Shown here in pieces: positions 12,485 to 22,519 of a stretch of DNA of 64,000 bases. Position 1 is the stretch's first letter; every line of letters begins with the position of its first letter. The notes below the pieces were generated by a model. That model was not told the origin of the DNA. It made no database searches and saw nothing but the letters and a program-made list of their open reading frames with translations. A program made the translations under genes and the position numbers. Origin of the DNA: Thiobacillus sp. (GTDB lineage Bacteria; Pseudomonadota; Gammaproteobacteria; Burkholderiales; Thiobacillaceae); NCBI GenBank assembly GCA_018263115.1, contig JADFDC010000007.1:36638-100637 (forward strand), written 5' to 3'.

Positions 12485-13348
12485 TCAAAGTCTCGCCGCC
12501 TTGAAGGTATTGCACTGGTTCGGGTCGCCTGACCTGGCGCCCATCATGAACCAGCGCATTCGCTGTTCCGATGAGCCGTGGGTGAAGGATTCCGGCACGA
12601 CGTAGCCGCGCGACTGTTTTTGCAGGCGGTCGTCGCCCACGCCGGCGGCGGCGCCCAGCGCTTCTTCGATGTCGCCCGACTCCAGTATCTGCCGGTTCTG
12701 GTGCGCGCGGTTGGCCCACACACCGGCAAGACAATCCGCCTGCAATTCGACGCGCACTTGTATCGCGTTGGCTTCCTCTTCGCTGGCACGCGCCTTGGCG
12801 GCATGGGTTTGTTCGAGTACGCCCATCAGGTTCTGCACGTGGTGGCCGACTTCATGCGCGATGACATAGGCCTGGGCAAAATCGCCGGGCGCATCGTGCC
12901 GGGTGTGCAGGTCGTTGAAGAATGACAAATCCAGATAGAGTTTCTGGTCGTTGGGACAATAGAACGGCCCCATGGCGGCCTGGGCAAAGCCGCAGGCGGA
13001 ATTGACCGCGCCGCTGAACAGCACCATTTTCGGCAGTTGATACTGGCTGCCGGATTCGCGAAACACCTGATTCCACACATCTTCGGTATCGGCCAGCACC
13101 ACGGAGGAAAATTCGGCCAGCCGGTTTTCTTCCGGACTGCGCGAGGCCGGATCGGCCTGCTGCGACTCTTCCGCGCCGGGCGGCGCAGCGACCTGATTCA
13201 GCACCACTCTTGGGTCCACGCCCAGGAACATGGCGATGAGCACGATGGCAATCGTGCCCAAACCGCCCACCGCCAGGCCTTTGCCGCCGACGCGCATGCC
13301 GCGGCGGTCTTCCACGTTGTCGCTACGACGTCCGCCTTCCCAACGCAT
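12485..13348 (-). CDS. ypfJ: YpfJ-family neutral zinc metallopeptidase
   Basis: The N-terminus [17 protein letters not shown] plus a TM segment and the HEVGHH zinc motif match the E. coli YpfJ pattern. Confidence 0.85.
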   Translation of the reverse strand: MRWEGGRRSDNVEDRRGMRVGGKGLAVGGLGTIAIVLIAMFLGVDPRVVLNQVAAPPGAEESQQADPASRSPEENRLAEFSSVVLADTEDVWNQVFRESGSQYQLPKMVLFSGAVNSACGFAQAAMGPFYCPNDQKLYLDLSFFNDLHTRHDAPGDFAQAYVIAHEVGHHVQNLMGVLEQTHAAKARASEEEANAIQVRVELQADCLAGVWANRAHQNRQILESGDIEEALGAAAGVGDDRLQKQSRGYVVPESFTHGSSEQRMRWFMMGARSGDPNQCNTFKAARL

Positions 13349-14850
13349 TATTTCCTTCCTCCAAGAATGCCGCCCAGCACGCCACGCAGAATCTGCCGCC
13401 CCAACTGGCTGCCGATGGTACGCACGGCGCTCTTGGCCATGGCTTCGACCATGCCCTGGCGCCGTCCCGTGCCCAGCAGGATGTCCTTGACCATTCCGCC
13501 GCCTGCTTCCTGTTTGCCCGCGGTCCTGACTTGTTCCCTGGCCTGAGTTTCGGCCTGTGCCTGCGCCGCCGCCTGTTCGGTGCGCGCTTTAAGCACTTCA
13601 TACGCCGATTCGCGATCAATGGTTTTTTCGTAAACGCCAGCTACAAGCGACTGGCTGGTCAACTGCTGACGCTGTTGCGGCGTGATGGGCCCGATCTGCC
13701 CGGTGGGCGGCACAATGAAGGCGCGCTCCACGATTTGCGGGCGGCCTTTTTCATCGAGAAAAGACACCAGTGCCTCGCCCACGCCCAGTTCGGTGATGGC
13801 GGCTTCTTCATCCAGCATGTCGTTGTCGCGCATGGTTTCTGCCGCGGCTTTCACGGCCTTCTGGTCGCGCGGGGAGAAGGCGCGCAGGGCGTGCTGTACG
13901 CGGTTGCCAAGCTGCGACAGCACCTTGTCCGGCACGTCGGCCGGATTCTGCGTGACGAAATACACGCCCACGCCCTTGGAACGAATCAGGCGCACTACCT
14001 GCTCGATTTTTTCCACCAGAGCATCGGGCGCATCGGTGAAGAGCAGGTGCGCCTCGTCGAAGAAGAAGGCCAACTTGGGTTTGTCGAGGTCGCCTGCCTC
14101 GGGCAGGTTTTCGAACAGCTCCGACAGCAGCCACAACAGCAGCGTGGCATACATCTTGGGCGATTGCATCAGCTTGTCGGCAGACAAAATATTGATGACG
14201 CCCTTGCCACGATCAGTCTGCATCAGGTCAGCGATATTGAGCATGGGCTCGCCGAAAATCTTCTCTCCACCCTGCGACTCCAACGCCAATAAACCTCGTT
14301 GAATGGCGCCGATGGACGCGGCGGAGACGTTGCCGTAGTCGGTGGTGAATTCCTTGGCGTTTTCGCCCACGAAAGCCAGCATGGAACGCAGATCTTTCAG
14401 GTCCAGCAGCAGCAGGCCGTTGTCGTCGGCGACCTTGAAGACGAGATTCAATACGCCCGTCTGGGTTTCATTCAGGTCCAGCATGCGTGAGAGTAACAGC
14501 GGCCCCATGTCGGAAACGGTGGCACGAACAGGGTGACCCATTTCGCCGAAGGGGTCCCACAGCGTGACGGGATAGCCGTGGTATTCAAAGCCTTCGAGCT
14601 TGAGTTTCTCCACCCGCTCGGCCACCTTGGGATTGCTGCCGCCCGCTTGCGAAATGCCCGACAGATCACCCTTCACGTCCGACATGAAGCAGGGCACGCC
14701 AATACTGGAGAAATGTTCGGCCAGGGTTTGCAGTGTGACTGTTTTGCCGGTGCCGGTCGCGCCGGTGATCAGCCCGTGGCGGTTGGCCATTTGCGGCAGG
14801 ATGTGCAATTCAGCGGTGTCGTTTTTGGCGATCAGAAGCGGCTCGGCCAT
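13348..14850 (-). CDS. yjgR: DUF853/HerA-like P-loop ATPase (YjgR family)
   Basis: The N-terminus EPLLIAK...[24 protein letters not shown] is near-identical in pattern to E. coli YjgR. Walker B is [10 protein letters not shown]. The stop overlaps the ypfJ start by 1 nt. Confidence 0.85.
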   Translation of the reverse strand: MAEPLLIAKNDTAELHILPQMANRHGLITGATGTGKTVTLQTLAEHFSSIGVPCFMSDVKGDLSGISQAGGSNPKVAERVEKLKLEGFEYHGYPVTLWDPFGEMGHPVRATVSDMGPLLLSRMLDLNETQTGVLNLVFKVADDNGLLLLDLKDLRSMLAFVGENAKEFTTDYGNVSAASIGAIQRGLLALESQGGEKIFGEPMLNIADLMQTDRGKGVINILSADKLMQSPKMYATLLLWLLSELFENLPEAGDLDKPKLAFFFDEAHLLFTDAPDALVEKIEQVVRLIRSKGVGVYFVTQNPADVPDKVLSQLGNRVQHALRAFSPRDQKAVKAAAETMRDNDMLDEEAAITELGVGEALVSFLDEKGRPQIVERAFIVPPTGQIGPITPQQRQQLTSQSLVAGVYEKTIDRESAYEVLKARTEQAAAQAQAETQAREQVRTAGKQEAGGGMVKDILLGTGRRQGMVEAMAKSAVRTIGSQLGRQILRGVLGGILGGRK

Positions 14851-14915
14851 GCAGGTCTCCTTGTTTTATGCTGAATTATGGTTCAGCCCTTGTTGAAATG
14901 TTGTAAATCATTCAT

Positions 14916-15923
14916 TCAACTGTTTTCGTTCCACAACCACGCCGCGCCGCGCACACCGCTGGAATCACCGTGTTTGGGCGGGACAAGCCGCGTGTCAATG
15001 CGATCGGAGAACACATAGCGTGGCCACAGTTTCGGCACGTTGTCATACAGCCGCTGGATATTGGACAAGCCGCCACCCAGGACGATGACATCGGGATCGA
15101 GAATGTTGATGACGGAAGCCAGTGCGCGGGCCAGCCGTTCTTCATAACGGGCGAGCGTCTTGCTGCACGGGCCGTAGCCTGCGGCGGCGAGCTGGGCGAT
15201 TTCATGCGCGGGCAGGTCCTCGCCGCCGTACCGGATGTGGTCTGCCGCCAGTGCGGGGCCGGAGAGATAGGCCTCGATGCAGCCTTTCTTGCCACAATAG
15301 CATTGCGGGCCATTGCATTCGCGATCGCTGGGCCAGGGGTGGACGATGCTTTCGCCGGTAGCGGGATGACGACCGGTTTCCTCATGGTCAATCTGCGCGT
15401 GGCGGAACTGGAAATAGGGCAGGGGATTGTGGCCCCATTCACCCGCAATCGAGTTGATGCCATTGAGGACATGGCCGCGCACGACAATGCCGCCGCCCAC
15501 GCCAGTGCCGAGAATGACGCCAAAAACCACTTCCGCTCCCGCTGCGGCGCCATCAGTGGCTTCTGAAAGCGCGAAGCAGTTGGCGTCGTTGGTCAGACGG
15601 ATTTCCCGACCTAGCACGGCTTCAAGGTCGGTCTTGAGCGGGTGACCGATCAGGCAGGTGGAATTGCAGTTTTTCATCAAACCGCTGGCACGCGACAACG
15701 CACCCGGCGTGCCAATGCCAACAGAACCTGTTTTACCCAGTTCGAACTCGGTCTGGCGGACCAGATTGGCGACGGCTTCAACCGTGGAGGAATAATCGGT
15801 TTGCGGCGTGGGAACACGGTGGCGCAAGAGTTCCTTGCCAGCCTTGTCCAGCGCGATGATTTCGATCTTGGTACCGCCAAGATCAATGCCAAGCCGCAGG
15901 GAGGGAGTGTTAAAATCCGGCAT
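14916..15923 (-). CDS. mak: ROK-family sugar kinase (fructokinase/mannokinase Mak-like)
   Basis: [36 protein letters not shown] zinc motif, [14 protein letters not shown] tail. It carries about 24 extra residues before the CxCG motif relative to E. coli Mak as I recall it. Confidence 0.8.
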   Translation of the reverse strand: MPDFNTPSLRLGIDLGGTKIEIIALDKAGKELLRHRVPTPQTDYSSTVEAVANLVRQTEFELGKTGSVGIGTPGALSRASGLMKNCNSTCLIGHPLKTDLEAVLGREIRLTNDANCFALSEATDGAAAGAEVVFGVILGTGVGGGIVVRGHVLNGINSIAGEWGHNPLPYFQFRHAQIDHEETGRHPATGESIVHPWPSDRECNGPQCYCGKKGCIEAYLSGPALAADHIRYGGEDLPAHEIAQLAAAGYGPCSKTLARYEERLARALASVINILDPDVIVLGGGLSNIQRLYDNVPKLWPRYVFSDRIDTRLVPPKHGDSSGVRGAAWLWNENS

Positions 15924-15946
15924 TCGTTTTCAGCAGGAAAAGCATC

Positions 15947-16678
15947 ATGGCAGGTCACAGCAAATGGGCCAACATTCAGCACCGCAAGGGGCGTCAGGAC
16001 GCCAAGCGGGGCAAGATTTTCACCAAGCTTATCAAGGAAATCACCGTTGCGGCCAAAATGGGCGGCGGCGATCCGGCCATGAACCCTCGCCTGCGCCTGG
16101 CCATCGACAAGGCCAAGGCCGAATCGATGCCCAAGGACAACATCGACAACGCCATCAAGCGCGGCACCGGACAACTGGAAGGCGTGAACTACGAGGAAAT
16201 CCGTTATGAAGGCTACGGCATCGGCGGCGCGGCGGTGATGGTCGATTGTCTTACCGACAACAAGACCCGCACCGTGGCGGACGTGCGCCATGCATTTTCC
16301 AAACACGGCGGCAACATGGGCACCGACGGCTGCGTGGCCTTCCAGTTCAAGCATTGCGGGCAGATCATCCTGGAGCCCGGTGCTTCCGAAGATGCGGTGA
16401 TGGAAGCCGCGCTGGAAGCCGGCGCGGAAGATGTTGTCAGCAATGACGACGGTTCAATCGAAGTGGTGACTTCTCCCGACCCGAAGGAATTCGAAACAGT
16501 GAAGGAAGCCCTGGAAAAGGCCGGCTTCAAGCCCGCACTGGCCGAGATCACCATGAAGCCGGAAGGCGAGACAGAACTTGCTGGCGATGACGCCGTGAAA
16601 ATGCAGAAAATCCTCGATGCGCTGGAGTCGCTGGACGACGTGCAAGAGGTTTATACCAACGCGGTGCTGCCAGAATAA
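15947..16678 (+). CDS. yebC: YebC/PmpR family transcriptional regulator
   Basis: [28 protein letters not shown] is the hallmark N-terminus. It precedes ruvC as in many bacteria. Confidence 0.92.
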   Translation: MAGHSKWANIQHRKGRQDAKRGKIFTKLIKEITVAAKMGGGDPAMNPRLRLAIDKAKAESMPKDNIDNAIKRGTGQLEGVNYEEIRYEGYGIGGAAVMVDCLTDNKTRTVADVRHAFSKHGGNMGTDGCVAFQFKHCGQIILEPGASEDAVMEAALEAGAEDVVSNDDGSIEVVTSPDPKEFETVKEALEKAGFKPALAEITMKPEGETELAGDDAVKMQKILDALESLDDVQEVYTNAVLPE

Positions 16679-16686
16679 CCGACCCA

Positions 16687-17202
16687 TTGCGCATCCTCGG
16701 CATTGATCCCGGACTGAGACTGACCGGCTTTGGTCTGATCGAGAAGACAGGTCAGAAGCTGTCCTATGTCACCAGCGGCGTGATCAAGAGCGGTGAGGGT
16801 GAATTGCCGGCCAGGCTGGGGGTGCTGTTCTCGGGGTTAACCGAACTGATCGAAGCGCATCGCCCGGACATCTGCGCGGTGGAAATCGTCTTCGTAAACG
16901 TCAATCCGCAATCCACGCTTTTGCTTGGTCAAGCGCGCGGCGCGGCGGTTTGCGCGGCGGTTTCGAGCAAACTGCCCGTCGCGGAATACACTGCATTGCA
17001 GATCAAGCAGTCCGTGGTCGGACACGGCAAGGCCGCCAAGGAGCAGGTGCAGGAGATGGTCAAGCGTTTGCTGAATCTACCCTCCGCGCCACAGGCCGAT
17101 GCGGCCGATGCGCTGGCCTGCGCCATCTGCCATGCGCACGGCGGCAATCTGGGCGCACTGTCCACTTCCGGGTTTCGTGTGCGGGGAGGCAGACTGGTTT
17201 GA
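16687..17202 (+). CDS. ruvC: crossover junction endodeoxyribonuclease RuvC
   Basis: [36 protein letters not shown] motifs. Confidence 0.9.
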   Translation: MRILGIDPGLRLTGFGLIEKTGQKLSYVTSGVIKSGEGELPARLGVLFSGLTELIEAHRPDICAVEIVFVNVNPQSTLLLGQARGAAVCAAVSSKLPVAEYTALQIKQSVVGHGKAAKEQVQEMVKRLLNLPSAPQADAADALACAICHAHGGNLGALSTSGFRVRGGRLV

Positions 17203-18158
17203 ATACACCATCGGCCTTGCCGCTTGAACCCACACCGGAGCGCCTGCGAAATCCCTTGTTGAGGTATGTGCTGGCGACTCGGCCGGCCTTTCTCACCATT
17301 ACGCTGGCGGGATGTCTGCTGGGTTTTGCCACGGCCGGGTACAGCGGTGTCGCGTTCAATGGTTGGATTGCCGCAACGACGCTGACCCTGGCCTTGCTGG
17401 CGCATGCCGGGGTGAACGTGTTCAACGATTACTACGATCATCTCAACGGTTCAGACGAAAACAATGCCAATCGCGTGTTTCCGTTTACCGGTGGCTCGCG
17501 CTTTATCCAGAATGGCGTGCTGAAGCCAGGGCAAATGCTGGCTTACGGTCTGCTGCTTTTCATGCTGGTTATTGCTGGCGGCTTGTGGCTGATCGCGCAA
17601 ATCAGCCAGGGTCTGTTCTGGATTGGACTGGCCGGACTGTTCATTGGCTGGTCCTATTCCGCCACGCCATTCAAACTCAACAGCCGGGGCTGGGGCGAAC
17701 TGTGCGTCGTGGCCGGATTTCTGCTGGTGGTGGCGGGAGCGGATTTTGTGCAGCGGGGAGCATTCAGCGTATTACCCTGGCTGGCAGGATTACCCTACGC
17801 ATTGCTGACCACCAATATCCTGTTTATCAACCAGTTTCCCGACCGCGACGCGGATCGCCAGGCAGGCAAGCATCATTGGGTGGTGCGGCTCGTGCCCGAG
17901 CGCGCTGCGCGTGTGTATGGATGGATAGCGATTGCCGCTGCTGCATGGCTCGTGGGTCTGATGGCGCTGAACATTCTGCCAGTCATAACGCTCGTTTCTC
18001 TGGCAGGTTTCGCCCCGGTAATTCCGGCGTGGCAATTGTTGAAAAGACATTGCAGCCAGCCCAAAGAACTTGCACCGGCTATCAAGGCCACCATTCTGGC
18101 CGCGCATCTGCATGCGATACTGCTGGCTGTTTCATTGTTCGCGGAGCATTGGTTTTGA
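17199..18158 (+). CDS. UbiA-family prenyltransferase (MenA-like)
   Basis: Polytopic membrane protein with the NDYYD aspartate-rich motif and a second motif NQFPDRDAD. The start is uncertain: TTG 17199 overlaps the ruvC stop, and GTG 17267 is an alternative. Confidence 0.7.
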   Translation: MNTPSALPLEPTPERLRNPLLRYVLATRPAFLTITLAGCLLGFATAGYSGVAFNGWIAATTLTLALLAHAGVNVFNDYYDHLNGSDENNANRVFPFTGGSRFIQNGVLKPGQMLAYGLLLFMLVIAGGLWLIAQISQGLFWIGLAGLFIGWSYSATPFKLNSRGWGELCVVAGFLLVVAGADFVQRGAFSVLPWLAGLPYALLTTNILFINQFPDRDADRQAGKHHWVVRLVPERAARVYGWIAIAAAAWLVGLMALNILPVITLVSLAGFAPVIPAWQLLKRHCSQPKELAPAIKATILAAHLHAILLAVSLFAEHWF

Positions 18159-18188
18159 CTGGACACGCATCATGATTAGGCGCGCTAC

Positions 18189-18767
18189 ATGATCGGACGC
18201 ATTACTGGCACGTTGATAGAAAAACATCCACCGCAAATCGTGGTCGATGTAAACGGCGTGGGCTACGAACTCGACGTGTCCATGGCCACCTTCTTCAACC
18301 TGCCCGCTGTGGGTGAGAAAGTTTCGCTGCACACGCATCTTGCCATTCGGGAAGATGCGCACCTGCTGTTCGGCTTTGGCTCGGAAACAGAGCGTCGAGT
18401 GTTTCGCGAACTGGTCAAGGTGTCCGGCATTGGCGCCAAGACCGCGCTGTCCGTGCTATCTGGGTTGAGCGTGGAAGACCTCGCCGTCGCGGTTGCCGCC
18501 CAGGAAACCGGCCGTCTGGTGAAAACACCCGGCATCGGCAAGAAAACCGCCGAACGCCTGCTGCTCGAACTCAAGGGCAAGCTGGATTTCATTGGCTTCA
18601 GCCTGCCTGCTGGCGGCGTCGCGCGCGCTTCGGATGACGTCAGGCAAGCGTTGCTGGCCTTGGGCTACAACGACAAGGAAGCTGATCTTGCCATCAAGCA
18701 GTTGCCTGCTGATTTGCCGGTATCAGAGGCTATCCGGCAGGCGCTTAAGTTATTATCAAAAGCATGA
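18189..18767 (+). CDS. ruvA: Holliday junction branch migration complex subunit RuvA
   Basis: [25 protein letters not shown]-terminus and HhH motifs ([19 protein letters not shown]). Confidence 0.92.
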   Translation: MIGRITGTLIEKHPPQIVVDVNGVGYELDVSMATFFNLPAVGEKVSLHTHLAIREDAHLLFGFGSETERRVFRELVKVSGIGAKTALSVLSGLSVEDLAVAVAAQETGRLVKTPGIGKKTAERLLLELKGKLDFIGFSLPAGGVARASDDVRQALLALGYNDKEADLAIKQLPADLPVSEAIRQALKLLSKA

Positions 18768-19798
18768 TCGAAACCGACCGCCTCATTGCTCCGGACCCGG
18801 CCAGCCCTCAAGAAGAGCAGTTCGAGCGGGCTTTGCGCCCCAAGCATCTGACCGAGTACATCGGACAGGAAAAGGCGCGCGGGCAGTTGTCGATTTTCAT
18901 CGAGGCGGCGAGAAAGCGTGCCGAGGCGCTGGATCATGTGCTGCTGTTTGGTCCGCCAGGGCTGGGAAAGACGACGCTGGCGCATATCATCGCGCGAGAG
19001 ATGGGGGTGGGCCTGCGGCAGACTTCCGGCCCGGTACTGGAACGCGCGGGCGATCTGGCGGCGTTGCTTACCAATCTGGAACCGCACGATGTGCTGTTCA
19101 TCGACGAGATTCACCGGCTGTCTCCTGTCGTGGAAGAAGTGCTGTATCCGGCGCTGGAAGATTTCCAGATAGACATCATGATCGGCGAAGGGCCGGCGGC
19201 GCGCTCGGTCAAACTCGACCTGCCGCCCTTCACGCTTGTAGGCGCCACGACGCGGGCGGGCATGCTGACCAATCCGCTGCGTGACCGCTTCGGCATCGTG
19301 GCGCGGCTGGAGTTTTATACGCCGCAGGAGCTCTGCCAGATCGTTTCCCGCTCCGCCAAACTGCTGGAAATGCATGTGGATGAAGCCGGTGCGCTGGAGA
19401 TTGCCAGGCGTTCTCGCGGCACGCCGCGAATCGCAAACAGGTTGCTGCGTCGGGTGCGCGACTATGCGGATGTGCGGGCGGATGGCAGGGCGACGCGCGA
19501 GGTCGCGGATGCAGCGCTGTCCATGCTGGATGTTGACCATGCGGGTTTCGACATGATGGACAGGAAATTATTGCTTGCCGTGATCGAGAAGTTCTCCGGC
19601 GGCCCGGTCGGGCTGGACAATCTGGCGGCGGCGATTGGCGAAGAGCGGGATACGATTGAGGACGTGCTGGAGCCGTATCTGATTCAGCAGGGTTTTTTGC
19701 AGCGCACTCCCAGAGGAAGAATTGCCACCCCGCATGCCTACCGCCATCTTGGTTTTGCCAGCCCAGCTAGCGCGCCGGACTTGTTTGAAAAGCAATAA
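18764..19798 (+). CDS. ruvB: Holliday junction branch migration DNA helicase RuvB
   Basis: LRP..L.EYIGQEK, Walker [10 protein letters not shown], Walker [24 protein letters not shown]. Confidence 0.96.
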   Translation: MIETDRLIAPDPASPQEEQFERALRPKHLTEYIGQEKARGQLSIFIEAARKRAEALDHVLLFGPPGLGKTTLAHIIAREMGVGLRQTSGPVLERAGDLAALLTNLEPHDVLFIDEIHRLSPVVEEVLYPALEDFQIDIMIGEGPAARSVKLDLPPFTLVGATTRAGMLTNPLRDRFGIVARLEFYTPQELCQIVSRSAKLLEMHVDEAGALEIARRSRGTPRIANRLLRRVRDYADVRADGRATREVADAALSMLDVDHAGFDMMDRKLLLAVIEKFSGGPVGLDNLAAAIGEERDTIEDVLEPYLIQQGFLQRTPRGRIATPHAYRHLGFASPASAPDLFEKQ

Positions 19799-20036
19799 TC
19801 CTAAAAACCTCAGTTGACCGCTTTCCATGACATATACAGCGTTGGTTCCAAACTGCCTTGTCATAGTTTTGACGCTCACCTGCTTGGTGAAAGCGCTACG
19901 GGCCGGATTGCACGGTTTTTCGGGTGCATTGCTGCGTTGTTCCTCCTCGCAATGGAGCGACCATTACTCGTCCTCGCGCCTTGCCCTGCACCCGAATAAC
20001 CGCACACGCCAACCCGTCCAACCGAGGTTTTTAGGA
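19799..20036 (+). mobile_element. MITE-like non-coding element, copy A (terminal inverted repeats, flanked by TAA/TAA)
   Basis: The left end TCCTAAAAACCTCAGTTG is the inverted complement of the right end CAACCGAGGTTTTTAGGA. TAA lies at 19796-19798 and 20037-20039. It is homologous along its length to 59338-59573. Confidence 0.6.
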
Positions 20037-20038
20037 TA

Positions 20039-20437
20039 ATGGCCGGCACGTTCACATGGCCAGTCAGGGTGTATTGGGAAGATACCGACGCGGGTGGCGT
20101 CGTCTACTATGCCAATTACCTGAAATTTCTTGAACGTGCGCGTTCGGAATGGCTGAGAGCACTGGGTTTCGAACAACCCGAGTTGCTCGGCAGGCATGGC
20201 GGCATGTTTGTGGTGAAGCGGGTGGAGGCGGATTATCTGTTGCCCGCGCGTTTCAATGACAGCTTGAATGTCGAGGCTGTGCTGATAGAACAGAACAAGG
20301 CCAGCCTTGTGATGGCGCAGCGAATTCTAAGTGAGGATGTCGTTTTGATGACGGCGCGTGTGACGCTGGTCTGGGTGAAGGAAAATTCGTTCAAACCCGC
20401 TAGAATCCCTGCTGAAATTCTTGAATTTCTAACCTGA
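20039..20437 (+). CDS. ybgC: tol-pal associated acyl-CoA thioesterase YbgC (4HBT family)
   Basis: RVYWEDTDAGGVVYYANYLKF hot-dog thioesterase motif. It sits immediately upstream of tolQ. Confidence 0.85.
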   Translation: MAGTFTWPVRVYWEDTDAGGVVYYANYLKFLERARSEWLRALGFEQPELLGRHGGMFVVKRVEADYLLPARFNDSLNVEAVLIEQNKASLVMAQRILSEDVVLMTARVTLVWVKENSFKPARIPAEILEFLT

Positions 20438-20446
20438 GAAAGAATC

Positions 20447-21127
20447 GTGGAAGTTTCGCAAAACATGTCCCTGCTGCACCTGGTTCTGCAGGCAAGCATT
20501 CCCGTCAAATTCGTGATGGGGATACTGCTTGCTGCTTCCTTCATGTCCTGGTGGTACATCTTCATCAAGCTGTTTGCGCTGAAGCGGGCGGCAAAGGATA
20601 CCAACCGTTTTGAAGCGGAATTCTGGGGTGGCGCCGATCTTAATGCGGTGTATCACCGGGTCAGCGATCAGCCCGAGAAAGCGGGCGAACTGGAGCGGGT
20701 ATTCGAGGCGGGGTTCAGCGAATTTCTCAAGCTGCGGCGGCAATCCGGCGCTTCGGTCAATGTCATCATGGATGGTACGCGCCGGGCCATGCGCGCGGCC
20801 TACCAGCGTGAAGTCGATACGCTGGAATCGCATCTGGCGTTTCTGGCTACTGTCGGTTCGGTTTCTCCGTATGTCGGATTGTTCGGCACGGTATGGGGCA
20901 TCATGCTGGCGTTCCAGAGTCTGGCCTCCGTGGCCCAGGCGACGCTGGCACAGGTAGCGCCCGGTATTGCCGAGGCGCTGATCGCCACGGCAATGGGCCT
21001 GTTTGCCGCAATTCCTGCCGTGGTGGCCTACAACCGCTACACGCATGACCTCGACCGGCTTTCAAGCCGCATGGAAAGTTTCATGGAAGAGTTCTCAAAC
21101 ATTCTTCAAAGGCAAGTTGCCAAATAA
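20447..21127 (+). CDS. tolQ: Tol-Pal system protein TolQ
   Basis: MotA/TolQ/ExbB pattern (GLFGTVWGIM.AF ... APGIAEALIATA.GL) with tolR downstream. Confidence 0.92.
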   Translation: MEVSQNMSLLHLVLQASIPVKFVMGILLAASFMSWWYIFIKLFALKRAAKDTNRFEAEFWGGADLNAVYHRVSDQPEKAGELERVFEAGFSEFLKLRRQSGASVNVIMDGTRRAMRAAYQREVDTLESHLAFLATVGSVSPYVGLFGTVWGIMLAFQSLASVAQATLAQVAPGIAEALIATAMGLFAAIPAVVAYNRYTHDLDRLSSRMESFMEEFSNILQRQVAK

Positions 21128-21130
21128 ATC

Positions 21131-21535
21131 ATGCCGCGCGTTCGCAAACAGGTTGCCAGCATCAACGTAGTGCCACTTATCGATGTGATGCTGGTGCTGC
21201 TGGTGGTATTCATGATCACCGCACCCTTCATCAATCCCGGTCAGGTTGAACTGCCCAGCGTGGGCAAGACAGCGACCGCGCCCAGTCAGCCGTTGGAGGT
21301 CATGATCCGCGCCAGCGGTGAAATGGTGCTGCGCAATCGCGCGCAGGATGATGAAGAAATTCCCGTGAATGCATCAAATCTGGCCAAAGAGGTCAAGCGC
21401 CTGCTCAAGCAGGACCAGCCGGTTGTCATATCAGCCGATAAAAGCGTGCGGTATGAAGAGGTCATGAACGCCATGTCTGCCCTGCAGGCGGCGCAGGTAT
21501 CGCGCATCGGCCTGCTTGCCAAACCTGCTCAATGA
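21131..21535 (+). CDS. tolR: Tol-Pal system protein TolR
   Basis: ExbD/TolR pattern (INVVPLIDVMLVLLVVFM, single TM segment). Confidence 0.9.
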   Translation: MPRVRKQVASINVVPLIDVMLVLLVVFMITAPFINPGQVELPSVGKTATAPSQPLEVMIRASGEMVLRNRAQDDEEIPVNASNLAKEVKRLLKQDQPVVISADKSVRYEEVMNAMSALQAAQVSRIGLLAKPAQ

Positions 21536-22455
21536 GTTTTGCCCTGCAACGGAATGATCTGGCCGCTGCTGTACTGGCGGCGGGTGTGCATGGTTTTTTC
21601 CTGATGCTGCTGGTAATTGGCGTCTCCTGGCAGATACATGATCCACAGCCCATCATGGCTGAACTATGGCAGGCAATACCGGCACAGGTTAAACCGCTTC
21701 CCCCGCCAGAACCTCCGCCACCGGAACCCGAGCCTTTGCCCAAGGCCGTGCCCAAACCCGAGATGAAGGCCGAGCCCAAAGCCATTCCAAAAGCGCAGCC
21801 GGAAAGCAAGACGGCTGATATCGCGCTTGAGAAAAAGAAGCAGGAAGAAAAGAAAAAGCAGGAGGAGCTGGCGAAACAAAAGCAGGCGCTGGAGCTTGAA
21901 AAAAAGAAACGGCAGGAAATTGAAAAACGCCGCCGCGAGGAAGACAGGCTCATGGAGCTGGAGGCGGAGCAGGAGGCGGCGCGGATCGAAGCCGATAAAC
22001 TCAAGCGTGAACAGGAAAAGAAACTGGCCGAACAGAAACGGCGTGAAGCCTTGAAGCGCGATGAAGAAGAAATGGAACGCCGCATGATGGAAGAAACACT
22101 GGCATTGGAAGCCAGTCAGTCAAAAGCGCGCGAAGCGAAAGCAGCCGCAGACAGGCGCGCGGCGGAAATCGGCAAGATTGTTGATCGTTACAAGGCCATG
22201 ATCAGCGACAAGGTGCGGGGAAATGCGCGTTTGCCAGAAAATCTTTCTGGCAATCCTGAGGTGGTGTATGAGGTCAACGTGTTGCCTACCGGCGAAATCA
22301 CCAAAATCAAACTGGTCAAATCGAGTGGCAATGCCGCGTACGATACGGCCATCGAGAAGGCCATCGAGAAATCTTCTCCCTTGCCCATGCCCACCGATCG
22401 GGAAGCGGCTGCACATTTCCGGGAACTGGAACTAAAACACAAACCGAAAAACTAA
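21532..22455 (+). CDS. tolA: Tol-Pal system protein TolA
   Basis: N-terminal TM segment, long K/E/A/P-rich helical domain, C-terminal TolA/TonB-like domain (SSGN.AYD.A...AI), in tolQRAB order. Confidence 0.85.
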   Translation: MSFALQRNDLAAAVLAAGVHGFFLMLLVIGVSWQIHDPQPIMAELWQAIPAQVKPLPPPEPPPPEPEPLPKAVPKPEMKAEPKAIPKAQPESKTADIALEKKKQEEKKKQEELAKQKQALELEKKKRQEIEKRRREEDRLMELEAEQEAARIEADKLKREQEKKLAEQKRREALKRDEEEMERRMMEETLALEASQSKAREAKAAADRRAAEIGKIVDRYKAMISDKVRGNARLPENLSGNPEVVYEVNVLPTGEITKIKLVKSSGNAAYDTAIEKAIEKSSPLPMPTDREAAAHFRELELKHKPKN

Positions 22456-22519
22456 CAGGGAGCACATGCGACCGTATGTTAGAATTCGGTCGTTTTTATG
22501 AGGTTTCCCTGGGGCCGAT

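Noticed and set aside
15303-15416. Extra ~24-residue segment in the Mak-like ROK kinase before the CxCG zinc motif
   Set aside because: It is in frame and composition-matched. ROK kinases vary in this loop, and the comparison rests only on my recollection of the E. coli sequence.
19814-20039. ORFs of 61 and 70 aa inside MITE copy A
   Set aside because: They are not conserved in copy B, where the frames are broken by indels and substitutions. They have no Shine-Dalgarno sequence and their composition resembles non-coding sequence.
21700-22110. Repetitive K/E/A/P-rich stretch that could be taken for a tandem repeat or CRISPR-like array
   Set aside because: It is the low-complexity helical domain II of TolA, in frame and in the correct tolQRAB context. 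There are no regular repeat/spacer units.
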